A stretch of DNA of 32,000 nt from Planctomycetales bacterium (GTDB lineage Bacteria > 4484-113 > JAFGCY01): NCBI GenBank assembly GCA_022646745.1, contig CP060262.1:1950001-1982000 (forward strand). Direction: 5' to 3'. The translations under genes were made by a program, and so were the position numbers. The stretch's first letter is position 1; each line of letters opens with the position of its first letter. This document shows positions 16,714 through 26,800 of the stretch, piece after piece. A model generated the notes under the pieces. That model did not search any database. It was given only the letters and a program-made list of their open reading frames with translations, and was not told the DNA's origin.

Positions 16714-17430
16714 ATGGGAAAGAGGATCCTGATGGTGGCCGCCAATCCGGCGGTTTCGACGACCACCGGTTGGCCAGTCGGCTTCTGGGCCGCCGAGCTG
16801 ATCCATCCGTATGATGAGTTCACCCGCCGTGGTTACGCGGTGACCATTGCCAGCCCGGCCGGTGGGCAGATCGAGCTGGATGCGCTGTCCGATCCGAATG
16901 ATGCCAGCGGCTACTCGAAGGACGACGCGCTCAGTGCACGCTACCTGGCAGATCCCGCTTTCCAGGCATTGCTGGTGGATACACCCGCTGTCAGCTCGCT
17001 GGATGAGGCTGAATATGACGCGATCGTCGTGGTTGGCGGGCAGTCGCCGATGTTCACCTTCAGGGAGGCGCACGGCCTGCAGGAGAAGTTCAGCCGGTTC
17101 GTTGCCAGTGGCAAGCCGCATGCGGCACTCTGCCACGGCGTCTGCCTGCTGCTGTACCTGCGCGGTGCGGATGGCCAGCCCTTCGTGCAGGGCCGCCGCA
17201 TCACCGGCTTCAGCAATGCCGAGGAGGACTTCGCGGACAGTGCTGTCGGACAGAAGGTGATGCCGTTTCGGATCGAGGATGAGGCCCGTGCGCTGGGGGC
17301 GGAGTTCGTTGACAGCGAGGCATTCAGCCCGCATGCGGTCGTGGATGGCCTGCTTGTAACTGGCCAGCAGCAGCACAGCGGACGGGAGACGGCGCTTAGG
17401 CTGGTTGAAGTACTGGAGGGACGGGGATGA
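16714..17430 (+). CDS. DJ-1/PfpI (type 1 glutamine amidotransferase-like) family protein
   Basis: GGGGA lies 7 nt upstream of ATG 16714. The N-terminus is MGKRILMVAANP. VVVGGQSP and the nucleophile-elbow motif AALCHGV are present. Confidence 0.8.
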   Translation: MGKRILMVAANPAVSTTTGWPVGFWAAELIHPYDEFTRRGYAVTIASPAGGQIELDALSDPNDASGYSKDDALSARYLADPAFQALLVDTPAVSSLDEAEYDAIVVVGGQSPMFTFREAHGLQEKFSRFVASGKPHAALCHGVCLLLYLRGADGQPFVQGRRITGFSNAEEDFADSAVGQKVMPFRIEDEARALGAEFVDSEAFSPHAVVDGLLVTGQQQHSGRETALRLVEVLEGRG

Positions 17431-18059
17431 ACATCGCATTCATCGGACATGGCAATGTCGGCGGCGCGCTGGTCCGTGCGCTGGCGAGGCATGGTCACCG
17501 GATTGTAATTGGCGTGCGTGACGGTGGTTCTGCCAGCGCTGATGCCCTTGCTTCACAACTTGATGCCGTATCAGTGTTGCCCGCAGCGCAGGCGGTGGCT
17601 GGCTCGGAAATGGTGTTCCTGGCAACGCCATTCCAGGCGGTGGAGGATGCACTGTCCGGCCTGCCGCTGGCCGGCAGGCTGCTCGTGGACTGCACCAACC
17701 CGGTCGGGCCGGGTCTGACGCACGGGCTTGACAGCAGGATGTCAGGTTCGGAGCAGTTACAGCAGCTGCTGCCTGATGCAAAGGTGCTGAAGGCCTTCAC
17801 CGTGTACGGCTTCGAGAACTTCGATGACAACCGCTATCCCGGCTACGGGGAGTTGCGGCCGGGGATGTTCTTTTGCGGGGACGATGCAGCGGCGAAGAGC
17901 ATCCTGGCGGGGTTACTGCAGGAACTGGGCTGGGAGCCGGTGGACTGCGGAGGCCTGGACACGGCCCTGCAGCTAGAACACATGACCCTGCTGTGGATCA
18001 AGATGGCACGCCTGCGCGGCGACGGCAGCCGCTTCACCTGGGCCAGGCTGCGGCGCTAG
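17427..18059 (+). CDS. NADP oxidoreductase, coenzyme F420-dependent-like family (NADPH-dependent reductase)
   Basis: An ATGA start/stop overlap links it to the upstream gene. The N-terminal dinucleotide-binding motif is MNIAFIGHGNVGGALVRALARHGHRIVIGVR. Confidence 0.75.
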   Translation: MNIAFIGHGNVGGALVRALARHGHRIVIGVRDGGSASADALASQLDAVSVLPAAQAVAGSEMVFLATPFQAVEDALSGLPLAGRLLVDCTNPVGPGLTHGLDSRMSGSEQLQQLLPDAKVLKAFTVYGFENFDDNRYPGYGELRPGMFFCGDDAAAKSILAGLLQELGWEPVDCGGLDTALQLEHMTLLWIKMARLRGDGSRFTWARLRR

Positions 18060-18853
18060 GCCTGCCAGTCAGCCACGATCCGCCGGGCATCATTCAGCTG
18101 CTGGCGGTAGAACTGCGCATCGGCGGCGATGTGCTCATCCGGGCTCTCCTCCTGCGAGGCGAGGTTGGCAAGCACACTTTCCAGCCGCTCGGCAGCGGCA
18201 CCATCCCCGGACCTGAGCTTCGCCAGCTCAAGCCAGCCGAGGTTCATCAGCACGGTGCCGGCGCAGGCCGGGCCTTCCTCGCTGCTCAGTCCCTTCTCCG
18301 CGGCGTCCCGTACGGCATGCTCCAGCGCCTTCTGCATCGAATGCACAGCGGCACCGTCATCCTTCAGTGCAAGGCGGTGCACACCCTCGGCCCACCAGGC
18401 CATTGACAACGGCCAGGCTCCCTTCTTCAGCTGGCGGCGCCACTTGATGCATTCCTGCGCGGCCTTCAACCCACGCTCGTAATGCCGCTGCTCCCGCGGC
18501 AGGTCGTCATCCCAGCACCAGGCGAGGTCGGCTGCGAGGTTGTAGCTGGCGACATTGGCACTGTCGAGGCGGCGGTTGCGCGTCTCCTCATCGGAGGCGC
18601 GTGCTGACTGGCTGAGGCATTCGGCGATCGCCGCATCGGCGAACTGCACGCAGGCATCGAGGTTCTTTCCCTTCCACTCGCCCATCACCATTCCCTGGCG
18701 GGCGAACAGGAACAGCACGCGGCGCTCAAGCTCGTCGCGGAAGCTGTAGTCAATCCATGAAATTGCCGCTTCGACGCCGCCGCTCTCCAGCTTCTGGCGC
18801 ATGGTCGGCCAGTGCTCCCTGAAGAATTCCTGCTGCTGCTGGAAGGATTCCAT
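18056..18853 (-). CDS. Hypothetical helical protein
   Basis: It is a long ORF with codon style like its neighbours. The ATG at 18853 (MESFQQQ) has GGAG 5 nt upstream, while the ORF-track start at 18859 is GTG. I recognise no domain. Its stop overlaps the convergent gene's stop (CTAG). Confidence 0.55.
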   Translation of the reverse strand: MESFQQQQEFFREHWPTMRQKLESGGVEAAISWIDYSFRDELERRVLFLFARQGMVMGEWKGKNLDACVQFADAAIAECLSQSARASDEETRNRRLDSANVASYNLAADLAWCWDDDLPREQRHYERGLKAAQECIKWRRQLKKGAWPLSMAWWAEGVHRLALKDDGAAVHSMQKALEHAVRDAAEKGLSSEEGPACAGTVLMNLGWLELAKLRSGDGAAAERLESVLANLASQEESPDEHIAADAQFYRQQLNDARRIVADWQA

Positions 18854-18930
18854 CCACACTCCATCTGCCTGATTGTCCGCGCTACCAGTCTAGCGCAGGA
18901 CGGACCTGCGATACTGGCCGGCGGTGTGGC

Positions 18931-18964
18931 AATAAAAAAGACGGCCCGGATGTACCGGGCCGTC
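18931..18964 (-). terminator. Rho-independent terminator of hppA
   Basis: On the minus strand, GACGGCCCGG-tacat-CCGGGCCGTC is followed by TTTTTTATT. It lies about 30 nt after the hppA stop. Confidence 0.75.
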
Positions 18965-18992
18965 TCGTCATTCAGTGAAAACTCTCTGCGGT

Positions 18993-21212
18993 CTAGACGC
19001 CGCCGCTGGCGAACAGGCCGGCGAACACGAGGGCCACGATGCTCATCAGCTTGATCAGGATGTTGAGGCTCGGGCCCGAGGTGTCCTTGAACGGGTCACC
19101 GACGGTGTCGCCGACGACGGCCGCCTTGTGCGGGTCACTGCCCTTGATGATCTGGCTGATCACGAACTGCTCCTCGGCCTCGCTGCCGGGGTTCTGCGCC
19201 TTGTAGGCAGCCAGCTTCTCCTTCTCGGTCGGGTTGAAGTTCTCGATGGACTTGGCGACCCAGTTGGCCTCGCCGTATTCCTTCTTGATCTCCTCGATCA
19301 GGCCCTTCTGCTCGATGAACTTCTTTGCGTTGTCCCAGGCACCGCCTGAGTTGGACATGAACAGCGCGATCATCACGCCGCTGGCCAGCGCGCCGGCCAG
19401 CAGGCCGCCGACGGCCTCAGCACCCTGGCCGCTGATGAAGCGGAACAGCAGGCCGATCGCGATCGGGCTGGCGATTGCCAGCAGGCCGGGCAGCACCATC
19501 TTCTGCAGGGAAGCCTGGGTGGAGATTGCGATGCAGGTCTTGTAGTCGCCGACCACGCCCTCGCGGCCCTCACGCAGGCCCTCGATGGTGTTGAACTGGC
19601 GGCGCACCTCGTTGACCATCTGCTGGGCGGCATGGCCCACGGCGGTCATCGTCAGTGCGCTGAACAGGAAGGGCAGCATCGCACCGATCAGCACGCAGAT
19701 CATCACGACCGGGCTGTTCAGGTCAATGCTCGAGATGTTCGACTTGGCGCTGTAGGCGCTGAAGAAGGCCACTGCGGTGAGCGCGGCGGAACCGATCGCG
19801 AAGCCCTTGCCGATGGCGGCGGTAGTGTTACCGACACTGTCCAGCTCGTCGGTGCGCTCACGCACCTCGGGGGGCAGGCCGGCCTGCTCGGCGATACCGC
19901 CGGCGTTGTCAGCGACCGGGCCGTAGGCATCGACGGCCAGGGTCACGCCCAGCGTGGACAGCATGCCGACCGCGGCGATCGCGATGCCGAACAGGCCCAT
20001 TGCCGGGTTGGTGCTGAAGCCGCCCGGTGCTCCGTAGGCCACCATGATGGCAACGCAGATCACCAGCAGCGGCAGCGCCGTGGAGACCATGCCAACGCTC
20101 ACGCCGGAGATGATGTTGACAGCCGGGCCGGAGCGCGATGACTTCGAGATGAAGCGCGTCGGAGCGTACTCCGCGCTGGTGTAAAACTCGGTCAGCCAGG
20201 CGATCACGGAACCGGAGGCCAGGCCGCCCAGCAGGGCCCAGAACAGGCCCCAGCCATTCAGCACGCCCTGGTACATCGCCATCACGCCGGCACTGCCGAG
20301 CACCGTGATGCCGGCGGCCACCAGGGTGCCGGTGCGCAGGGCCGCATGCGGCTCGCTGCTTGTGAACATGTTGGTGTAACCGATGCCGATCAGCGAGGCG
20401 ATCACGCCGATGCCGGAAATCAGCAGCGGAATCAGGAAGCCCTCGTTGCTGCCGACGGCGATGTAGCCCAGCAGCATCGCGGCGATGATCGAACCGACGT
20501 AGGACTCGAACAGGTCGGCACCCATGCCGGCCACGTCGCCCACGTTGTCACCGACGTTGTCAGCGATCGCAGCGGGGTTGCGCGGATCATCCTCGGGGAT
20601 GCCCGCCTCAACCTTGCCGGCGAGGTCAGCGCCGACGTCGGCGGCCTTCGTGTAGATGCCGCCGCCCACGCGGGCGAACAGGGCGATCGAGGAGGCACCG
20701 AGGCTGAAGCCGAGGATGTCATAGGACAGCGCATCCTGGATGCTCACGCCGAGGAACTGGGTGAACACGTAGAACAGGCCGGTGATGCCGATCAGGCCGA
20801 GGCCGACCACGGCCAGGCCGAGCACCGCGCCGGAGCTGAATGCCACGCGCAGGGCGGCCGGCAGGCTCTCGATGGCGGCATTGGTGGTACGGGCGTTGGC
20901 AATCGTCGCGGTCTTCATGCCGAGGTAGCCGGCCAGTGCGCTGGCGCCTGCGCCGAGTGCGAAGCTGACAGCGGTCTTCCAGCCCATGCCCTCATCGGGG
21001 ATCACGCTGATGATCACGAAGAGCACGGCCACGAAGATGCCGATCACCTGGTATTCCTTGTTCAGGAACGCACTGGCGCCTTCATAGATCGCCTTGCAGA
21101 GCCACTGCATGCGCTCATTGCCGGCGCTCTTCTTCGCAATCCCTGCATTGATCACGAAGGAGAACACGAGGCTGACTACTGCCACGGCCATGACGGCCAG
21201 CACGAATTCCAT
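18993..21212 (-). CDS. hppA: Membrane-bound pyrophosphate-energised pump (M-PPase), K+-dependent type
   Basis: M-PPase motifs are present: [61 protein letters not shown] and [24 protein letters not shown]. As I recall, Ala rather than Lys in GNTTAA marks the K+-dependent subfamily. GGGAGA lies upstream of the ATG at 21212. Confidence 0.95.
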   Translation of the reverse strand: MEFVLAVMAVAVVSLVFSFVINAGIAKKSAGNERMQWLCKAIYEGASAFLNKEYQVIGIFVAVLFVIISVIPDEGMGWKTAVSFALGAGASALAGYLGMKTATIANARTTNAAIESLPAALRVAFSSGAVLGLAVVGLGLIGITGLFYVFTQFLGVSIQDALSYDILGFSLGASSIALFARVGGGIYTKAADVGADLAGKVEAGIPEDDPRNPAAIADNVGDNVGDVAGMGADLFESYVGSIIAAMLLGYIAVGSNEGFLIPLLISGIGVIASLIGIGYTNMFTSSEPHAALRTGTLVAAGITVLGSAGVMAMYQGVLNGWGLFWALLGGLASGSVIAWLTEFYTSAEYAPTRFISKSSRSGPAVNIISGVSVGMVSTALPLLVICVAIMVAYGAPGGFSTNPAMGLFGIAIAAVGMLSTLGVTLAVDAYGPVADNAGGIAEQAGLPPEVRERTDELDSVGNTTAAIGKGFAIGSAALTAVAFFSAYSAKSNISSIDLNSPVVMICVLIGAMLPFLFSALTMTAVGHAAQQMVNEVRRQFNTIEGLREGREGVVGDYKTCIAISTQASLQKMVLPGLLAIASPIAIGLLFRFISGQGAEAVGGLLAGALASGVMIALFMSNSGGAWDNAKKFIEQKGLIEEIKKEYGEANWVAKSIENFNPTEKEKLAAYKAQNPGSEAEEQFVISQIIKGSDPHKAAVVGDTVGDPFKDTSGPSLNILIKLMSIVALVFAGLFASGGV

Positions 21213-21337
21213 TCTGCTTTCTCCCGATTCCCGAATACCTTTTCCCTTGTATAGGTAAAAGGTACTGCTTAAATGATGCGGATATTTTAGCGCCTATCGG
21301 GAATAAGGCAAGCCCCGTGCGGGCTGCGCGCCTGCGC

Positions 21338-21892
21338 TCACCGCTCGATGATGAAGCTCAAATGCCATTCCGCATGCCGGCAGGTGAGGGCCACCCATTC
21401 CTCATGGCTGATTTCACCGAGCATAAGGTTCGGCTTCAGTGCCGGTGCCGCTTCAAACGCCTCGACGTTCTCCCTGAGCATGCGCAGCCCGTTATCTGCA
21501 TCGATGGCCGGGTCAGGCTGGATGTCCTGGTTCAGCCTGGCCGGGGCGTCCACCGGCTGGCCCAGCTCGCCATTCAGGAACTTATTGCGCATCAGGCCCA
21601 TCAGCATCCGCATCGGCCAGGGGAAGCGATACTCGGAGCCATGCACCGACAGGCCAAGCGTCAGGCCAAGGTGCCCGAGCATCTGCCCAAGAGGAAGATT
21701 GGCGAGGTGCACGAGCCGCACTTCCGGCCCGGCCAGGTCAGCGCGCACAGTGTTCCCGCCATCCACGAGGTCGCGCAGGCGCTGGGCTTCCGCCAGCACG
21801 GCATCGATGTCAGCGAAATGCAGCGTACGGCGCTGGCTGAGGACGCGGCGCGGATCAATGCGGGCGGGGGCTGTGCTTGTCATTTGCGGCAT
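21338..21892 (-). CDS. DinB-like / DUF1569-type four-helix-bundle protein (tentative)
   Basis: The C-terminus NLMLGEISHEEWVALTCRHAEWHLSFI resembles the DUF1569/DinB pattern (fG.lt..eW…H..HHL.qF). Two overlapping plus-strand ORFs show no motif. Confidence 0.55.
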   Translation of the reverse strand: MPQMTSTAPARIDPRRVLSQRRTLHFADIDAVLAEAQRLRDLVDGGNTVRADLAGPEVRLVHLANLPLGQMLGHLGLTLGLSVHGSEYRFPWPMRMLMGLMRNKFLNGELGQPVDAPARLNQDIQPDPAIDADNGLRMLRENVEAFEAAPALKPNLMLGEISHEEWVALTCRHAEWHLSFIIER

Positions 21893-21970
21893 GCTGTGGA
21901 TTATCCCGTTGATGAAGCGGCTATCGTGAAATCACTCCGCTACAAAGGTGACAGCTGGTGACCTGGCCTG

Positions 21971-23053
21971 TCAGTCCTCACTGTCCGGGATCAGGCCGCC
22001 GGTGAATTCCAGCGGGTCGAAGTCCAGCAGGTCACCGACCTGCTCACCGACGCCGATGTACAGCACCGGGATCTTCAGCCGGTCCACCACGGCGAACAGC
22101 GTGCCGCCCTTGGCGCTGCCGTCCAGCTTGTTCATCGCGATCCCGGTGAGCTCACAGGCCTCATTGAACAGCTCGGCCTGGCTCATCGCATTCTGCCCGA
22201 CGGTGGCATCGAGCACCAGGATGCGGGTCACGGCCGCGCCTTCGCAGGCCTTGTCGATCGTGCGGGTGACCTTGCTGAGCTCCTGCATCAGGTTGTGCTT
22301 GGTCTGCAGGCGGCCGGCGGTATCCACGATCAGCACGTCCATGTTGCGCGCGGCGGCGGCCTGGGTGGCGTCAAACACCACGGCGGCCGGGTCAGCACCC
22401 TGCTGGCCGGTCACGATGTCCACCCCGATGCGGTGCGCCCAGACGCTGAGCTGCTCCGTGGCAGCCGCGCGGAAGGTGTCCGCCGCAGCGAGGATTACCT
22501 TCAGGCCCTCCTGCTTCAGGCGGTGTGCCAGCTTGGCGGAGATCGTGGTCTTGCCGCTGCCGTTCACTCCGACGAGCATGATCACATTCAGGCGGTCCGG
22601 CACCAGCGGCACCGGCTCGCGCACGTCCGTCAGGATGCCGGTCAGCACCTCGCGGGCCACGGCGGGGACATCGCGGCGGTAGGCCAGCCCGCGGTCGCGC
22701 ATCTCGGCGCGGATGCGCTCGATCAGACTGTCGGACAGCTCCATCCCGACGTCAGAGAGCACCAGTGCTTCCATCACGTCGTCGTAGTAGCCGTCGTCCA
22801 CCAGCTGGCCGGGGTCGGAGCTGAAGGCGCTCGTGAAGAAGGCGCGGGTGCGGTTCAGCGCCGTGCGGAAGCGGCTGCGGCCACCCGGCTGGGCATCCGC
22901 GGCTGGAGCGGCAGAAGCCGCGGGGGCTTCCTCCGCAACGACCGGCGGTGCTTCGTCCACGGCCTCCGGCTGCGGGCTCTCAAGCACCGCAGCATCGGGT
23001 GCGGGCTCGTCTTGCCCCTTCTTCTTCCGCTTGAACAGGTCCAGCAGTCCCAT
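21971..23053 (-). CDS. ftsY: Signal recognition particle receptor FtsY
   Basis: Motifs present are VGVNGSGKTT, AADTFRAAA, DTAGRL, VLDATVGQNA, KLDGSAKGG and PVLYIGVGEQVGDL. It has an acidic, Ala-rich N-domain. The start was chosen at MGLLDLFKRKKK (ATG 23053). Confidence 0.95.
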   Translation of the reverse strand: MGLLDLFKRKKKGQDEPAPDAAVLESPQPEAVDEAPPVVAEEAPAASAAPAADAQPGGRSRFRTALNRTRAFFTSAFSSDPGQLVDDGYYDDVMEALVLSDVGMELSDSLIERIRAEMRDRGLAYRRDVPAVAREVLTGILTDVREPVPLVPDRLNVIMLVGVNGSGKTTISAKLAHRLKQEGLKVILAAADTFRAAATEQLSVWAHRIGVDIVTGQQGADPAAVVFDATQAAAARNMDVLIVDTAGRLQTKHNLMQELSKVTRTIDKACEGAAVTRILVLDATVGQNAMSQAELFNEACELTGIAMNKLDGSAKGGTLFAVVDRLKIPVLYIGVGEQVGDLLDFDPLEFTGGLIPDSED

Positions 23054-23155
23054 GCGCGCATATTCTAGCGTCAGCAGGCAAAATCCCGGTGGAGCCGTTT
23101 GAATCATGGCCAGATGGGTAAGATTTGTGGTTAAGATCTAAGGAAAGTGATTCAA

Positions 23156-23728
23156 ATGAGCAGCAAGGAATACACGATGGACAGGTTTGATGCAGGCAAG
23201 GAGATGCAGGAGCAGGTGCGCCAGCACAAGGAGCAGGCCGGGCCCTCTCAGCTCGAGAGGCTGCTGAACAGCCAGGAGCTGCCGCAGGAGGATCCGCGCG
23301 GCCCGAAGAGCCGTTCCGAGGAGAAATACCCGGAGGCCTACCGCGGCGGCAATGAGGAGCACTGGAAGAAGGCGGACATGCAGCACGAGTATGACGTGAT
23401 CCGCAACCAGGCCATCGCCCAGGAGAAGGTCGGCTATGAGGATGACACCGAGAAGTTCTTCATGGATGACCCGGACAACCCGCGCCGAGAGCCCCTCAAT
23501 GAAGCCGAGCGCCTGCGCGTGTTCGGCAAGAAGGAGAATGCCGTCACGCTGGAGAGCCTGAATGGGCCCCCGCTGGTGTTCGGCGGGATGCTGCTTGGGA
23601 TCTCGCTCACGCTGATCACCCTGATCTGGCTGGGCAAGCTGGAAGTGGCCAACACCACCAACTGGTACATCTTCAGCGGGATTGGTGCCGCCGTCGGCCT
23701 GATGTACGCCGCGCAGCTCAGAACCTGA
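23156..23728 (+). CDS. Hypothetical membrane-anchored protein (charged N-terminal region, two C-terminal TM helices)
   Basis: AAGGAAAG lies about 8 nt upstream of ATG 23156. The hydrophobic segments are PPLVFGGMLLGISLTLITLIWLG and WYIFSGIGAAVGLMYAA. It is divergent from ftsY. Confidence 0.6.
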   Translation: MSSKEYTMDRFDAGKEMQEQVRQHKEQAGPSQLERLLNSQELPQEDPRGPKSRSEEKYPEAYRGGNEEHWKKADMQHEYDVIRNQAIAQEKVGYEDDTEKFFMDDPDNPRREPLNEAERLRVFGKKENAVTLESLNGPPLVFGGMLLGISLTLITLIWLGKLEVANTTNWYIFSGIGAAVGLMYAAQLRT

Positions 23729-23836
23729 TCAGCACTTAACACTTATCTGAATAAAGCGGCTCATTAACGGGGATATACTTACTGATGGACAAGCTGGATT
23801 CGACCGGAATTCAGAAATGCTCCTGAGGTAAGCAAT

Positions 23837-26800
23837 ATGAACCGAACAAGCATTCTCATTTATGCGCTGATACTGCTACTCGCGGCCTCCATGAGCGGCT
23901 GCGGCGGGCAGGGCACAAACCTCCCGCAGGCGCCTGGCACCAGCACCTCGGACGTGCTTGCGCCCCCGATCAACAGCAATGCGGGCGGCAGCATCAGCGA
24001 CCGCGACCTGCTGGCGATGATCGAGCGTGGGGAATCCCCATTCACCTTCGCCCAGCGTGCGCAGCAGAAGATGGAGCAGCAGCTCGAGCAGTCGAATGCT
24101 GCGCTGCCCGGCAACCTCTCCGGGATGGCGCTGATGCCCTTCGGCGAAGCTGAGCTTCCCGGCAATGGCCAGAAGATCACCAGCGCGCTGCAGGACCTCG
24201 ACCCGACGATCGTCTATGCCGACAGCGGTGACATCACGGTCAACGCCTCGAGCATCACGATCAACCCCGGGCCGGGCGACCTGAGCTGGGCGATGTACCA
24301 GCTCAACCTGCCGGACGGCGGCTATCCCCTGAGCCTGCGGCTCGGGATCGACACCATCAGCGGCGTCGGCGGACCGGGCCAGGGCTTCTATGTGCTCGTG
24401 TCCAACTACACCACCAAGCGCTGGTGGATGTCGGACCTGTTCACCACCAACGGCTTCAAGACGATTGACCTGCCGACCAAGGTGGACCTGGTGCCGCAGA
24501 ACTACTTAAGCCCGATGAACAACCTCTACGTCGCGATCCTCGTCTACGACGGCGTGACGATCGAGATGAACGGCCTGCAGCAGGACACCAACACCGCCCC
24601 GCAGGCCCTGATCAGCGAGACCAGCAACACCTACGTGCGCCGCACGACGGAGGAGTTCCAGTTCCGCAGCGAGAGCGAGGACGGTGACAACGGCATCGCC
24701 GGCTTCAGCTGGGACTTCAATGACGACATGGTGGAGGATGACAACGTTATCGTCGTCAACCACACCTACGACACCCCCGGCCTGCACAAGGTGCGGCTGA
24801 CCGTGTTCGACGAGAACGGCGGCTCCGACACAGACACGCTGTACGTCTGGACCTACGACACGGATGACAGCGTGCTGCCGGATGAGTTCATGGAAGCGCT
24901 CAATGAGGCGGACCCGGACCCGGTGCCGCCGCCGGACATCCCGCTGCCGGAGCTGGGCTTTGATGAGACCTTTGAGTTCTTCTATTCTGCCGCCAATGGA
25001 GGAACAGAGGAATGGTGGGAGATTCCGGACACCCAGGACAACATGCAGTGGAAGAACTTCACGGATCTTGATGGAGCTGACAACCCATATTTCGACATGC
25101 GCTGCTGGCTGCCAGCCTACGGAAGTTACTACTACGACGACCATACTGAGATGCTGCCCTTCGCTGATTCACTGGCAAACACGATCAGCAACTGGCAGGA
25201 CATGCAGGGCGTGGTACAGACCGGCGCCTGGCAGCATGGCATCGGCGTCGTCAATGAGGGCATCACGCTGGATGTGGAGGACAATGACCCGCTGGCAACG
25301 GCGATCAAGCGCCTGATGAACGAATACCCGGACCCGCTGCATGATGCCACCTTCGAGCAGATCCAGACGGAAGTGGCCGGGGTGCCGGATGACTTTCAGC
25401 GTGCGCTGGCACGGCTGGTCAATGCGATCCGCCAGGCCAAGCCCTACCATGAAGCTTTCATGGACCCGGCGAATTCTCCGCTGTTCGCCGATCCCCAGCC
25501 TGATCCTGATACCTGGCACGAGATCTTCTTCAATGATTCTCTGGGAATGGCGGTATCGCATGACAACGGCGGACCGATCAGGGCTTACCTGCCCAACAAC
25601 TTGAATCCAAAGAATGGAACTAACGGAATTGACTATGCAGACCTGTTCCAGGGTGCCTCCGTGCTGACGAATGCGATGGATGAATTCCACGCCTTCCTGG
25701 ACGGCTGGACCCCCGGAGCCTCCTTCGACTTCCAGGTGCGCACCAGCCTCGGTGATATCCGCGTGACCGGTGACGGTGACGACGTGATCAACCTGCCGGA
25801 CTGGGATGGTGGCATGGAGAACGGCTTCTACCTGCTGCAGGTGGACATCGGCGGCAATGATGACTACCACTGCCATGCCGGTGGCAACGCCGCGCTGGCC
25901 AACCCGATTGCGATCTGCATTGACTACGCCGGCAACGATGAGTACTTCCGCCTCGACGACCCGGATGATGTGGATCGCACGGTTGTCCCCAGCAATGACG
26001 ACACCCACCAGCAGGGCAGTGGCCGGCTGGGCTACGGCCTGCTGCTGGACCTCGAGGGCAATGACAGTTATGACGCGGTGCGGCTCAGCCAGGGCTGCTC
26101 CAACTTCGGCGTTGGCATCCTCTGCGACTTGGGCGGTGATGACAGCTACGGCGTGGAGGCGATGGGCCAGGGCGCATCACTGGTCGGCATCGGGGTACTG
26201 CTGGACCTCGATGGAATGGACAACTATGCCTGCTGGTCCCGCGCCCAGGGATTCTCCAGTTTCCGTGGTGTCGGCATCCTGTCCGACCGCGGTGGGGATG
26301 ATGACACTTACACAGCGGAAAGCACCGGAGACCCGGCCAAGCCGGAGTATGGCGACGGCATAGGAGGAGTGCTCAACTACGCCCAGGGCTGTGCAAGGGG
26401 CAAGTTCCCCAGCGGAGATGCTTCACTTCCGGATGGTGACCCGTTTGTTGGTTCAGCAGGGCTTGGCCTGCTGTGCGAGGACGGCGGCACAGACAGCTAC
26501 TCCGCCGGTATCTTCTCCCAGGCTGTGTCCTTCTATGAGGGCACCGGCATGCTGCTGGAGCTGGGTGGTGATGACAACTACGCTGGCGACCGCTTCTGCG
26601 GATCGATTGCAATTCTTCGCGCTGCCGCCATGCTGTGGGACCGCAGCGGTGCTGACCAGTACCTGTATACCGGCCTCGGCGGCTGTGCCGTCGCATCAGA
26701 CTATGCTGTCACATGGCTGCTGGACGGTAGTGGCGATGACACATATGAGGCTGACAGCGCCTGCATGGCCAGTGGACTGAAGAACAGTTTCAGCTACATG

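Noticed and set aside
18056-18059. A 4-nt overlap (CTAG) of the stop codons of two convergent genes
   Set aside because: The overlap is real but is a trivial consequence of compact gene packing. I see no evidence of functional significance.
20346-21254. 302-aa plus-strand ORF (and 19632-20141) antisense to hppA
   Set aside because: They are shadow ORFs opposite an unambiguous M-PPase.
21317-21961. Two overlapping plus-strand ORFs (214 aa and 193 aa) opposite the DinB-like gene
   Set aside because: Neither has a motif or SD. The minus-strand frame ends in a DinB/DUF1569-like HxxxH helix pattern. The strand choice is still only moderate confidence.
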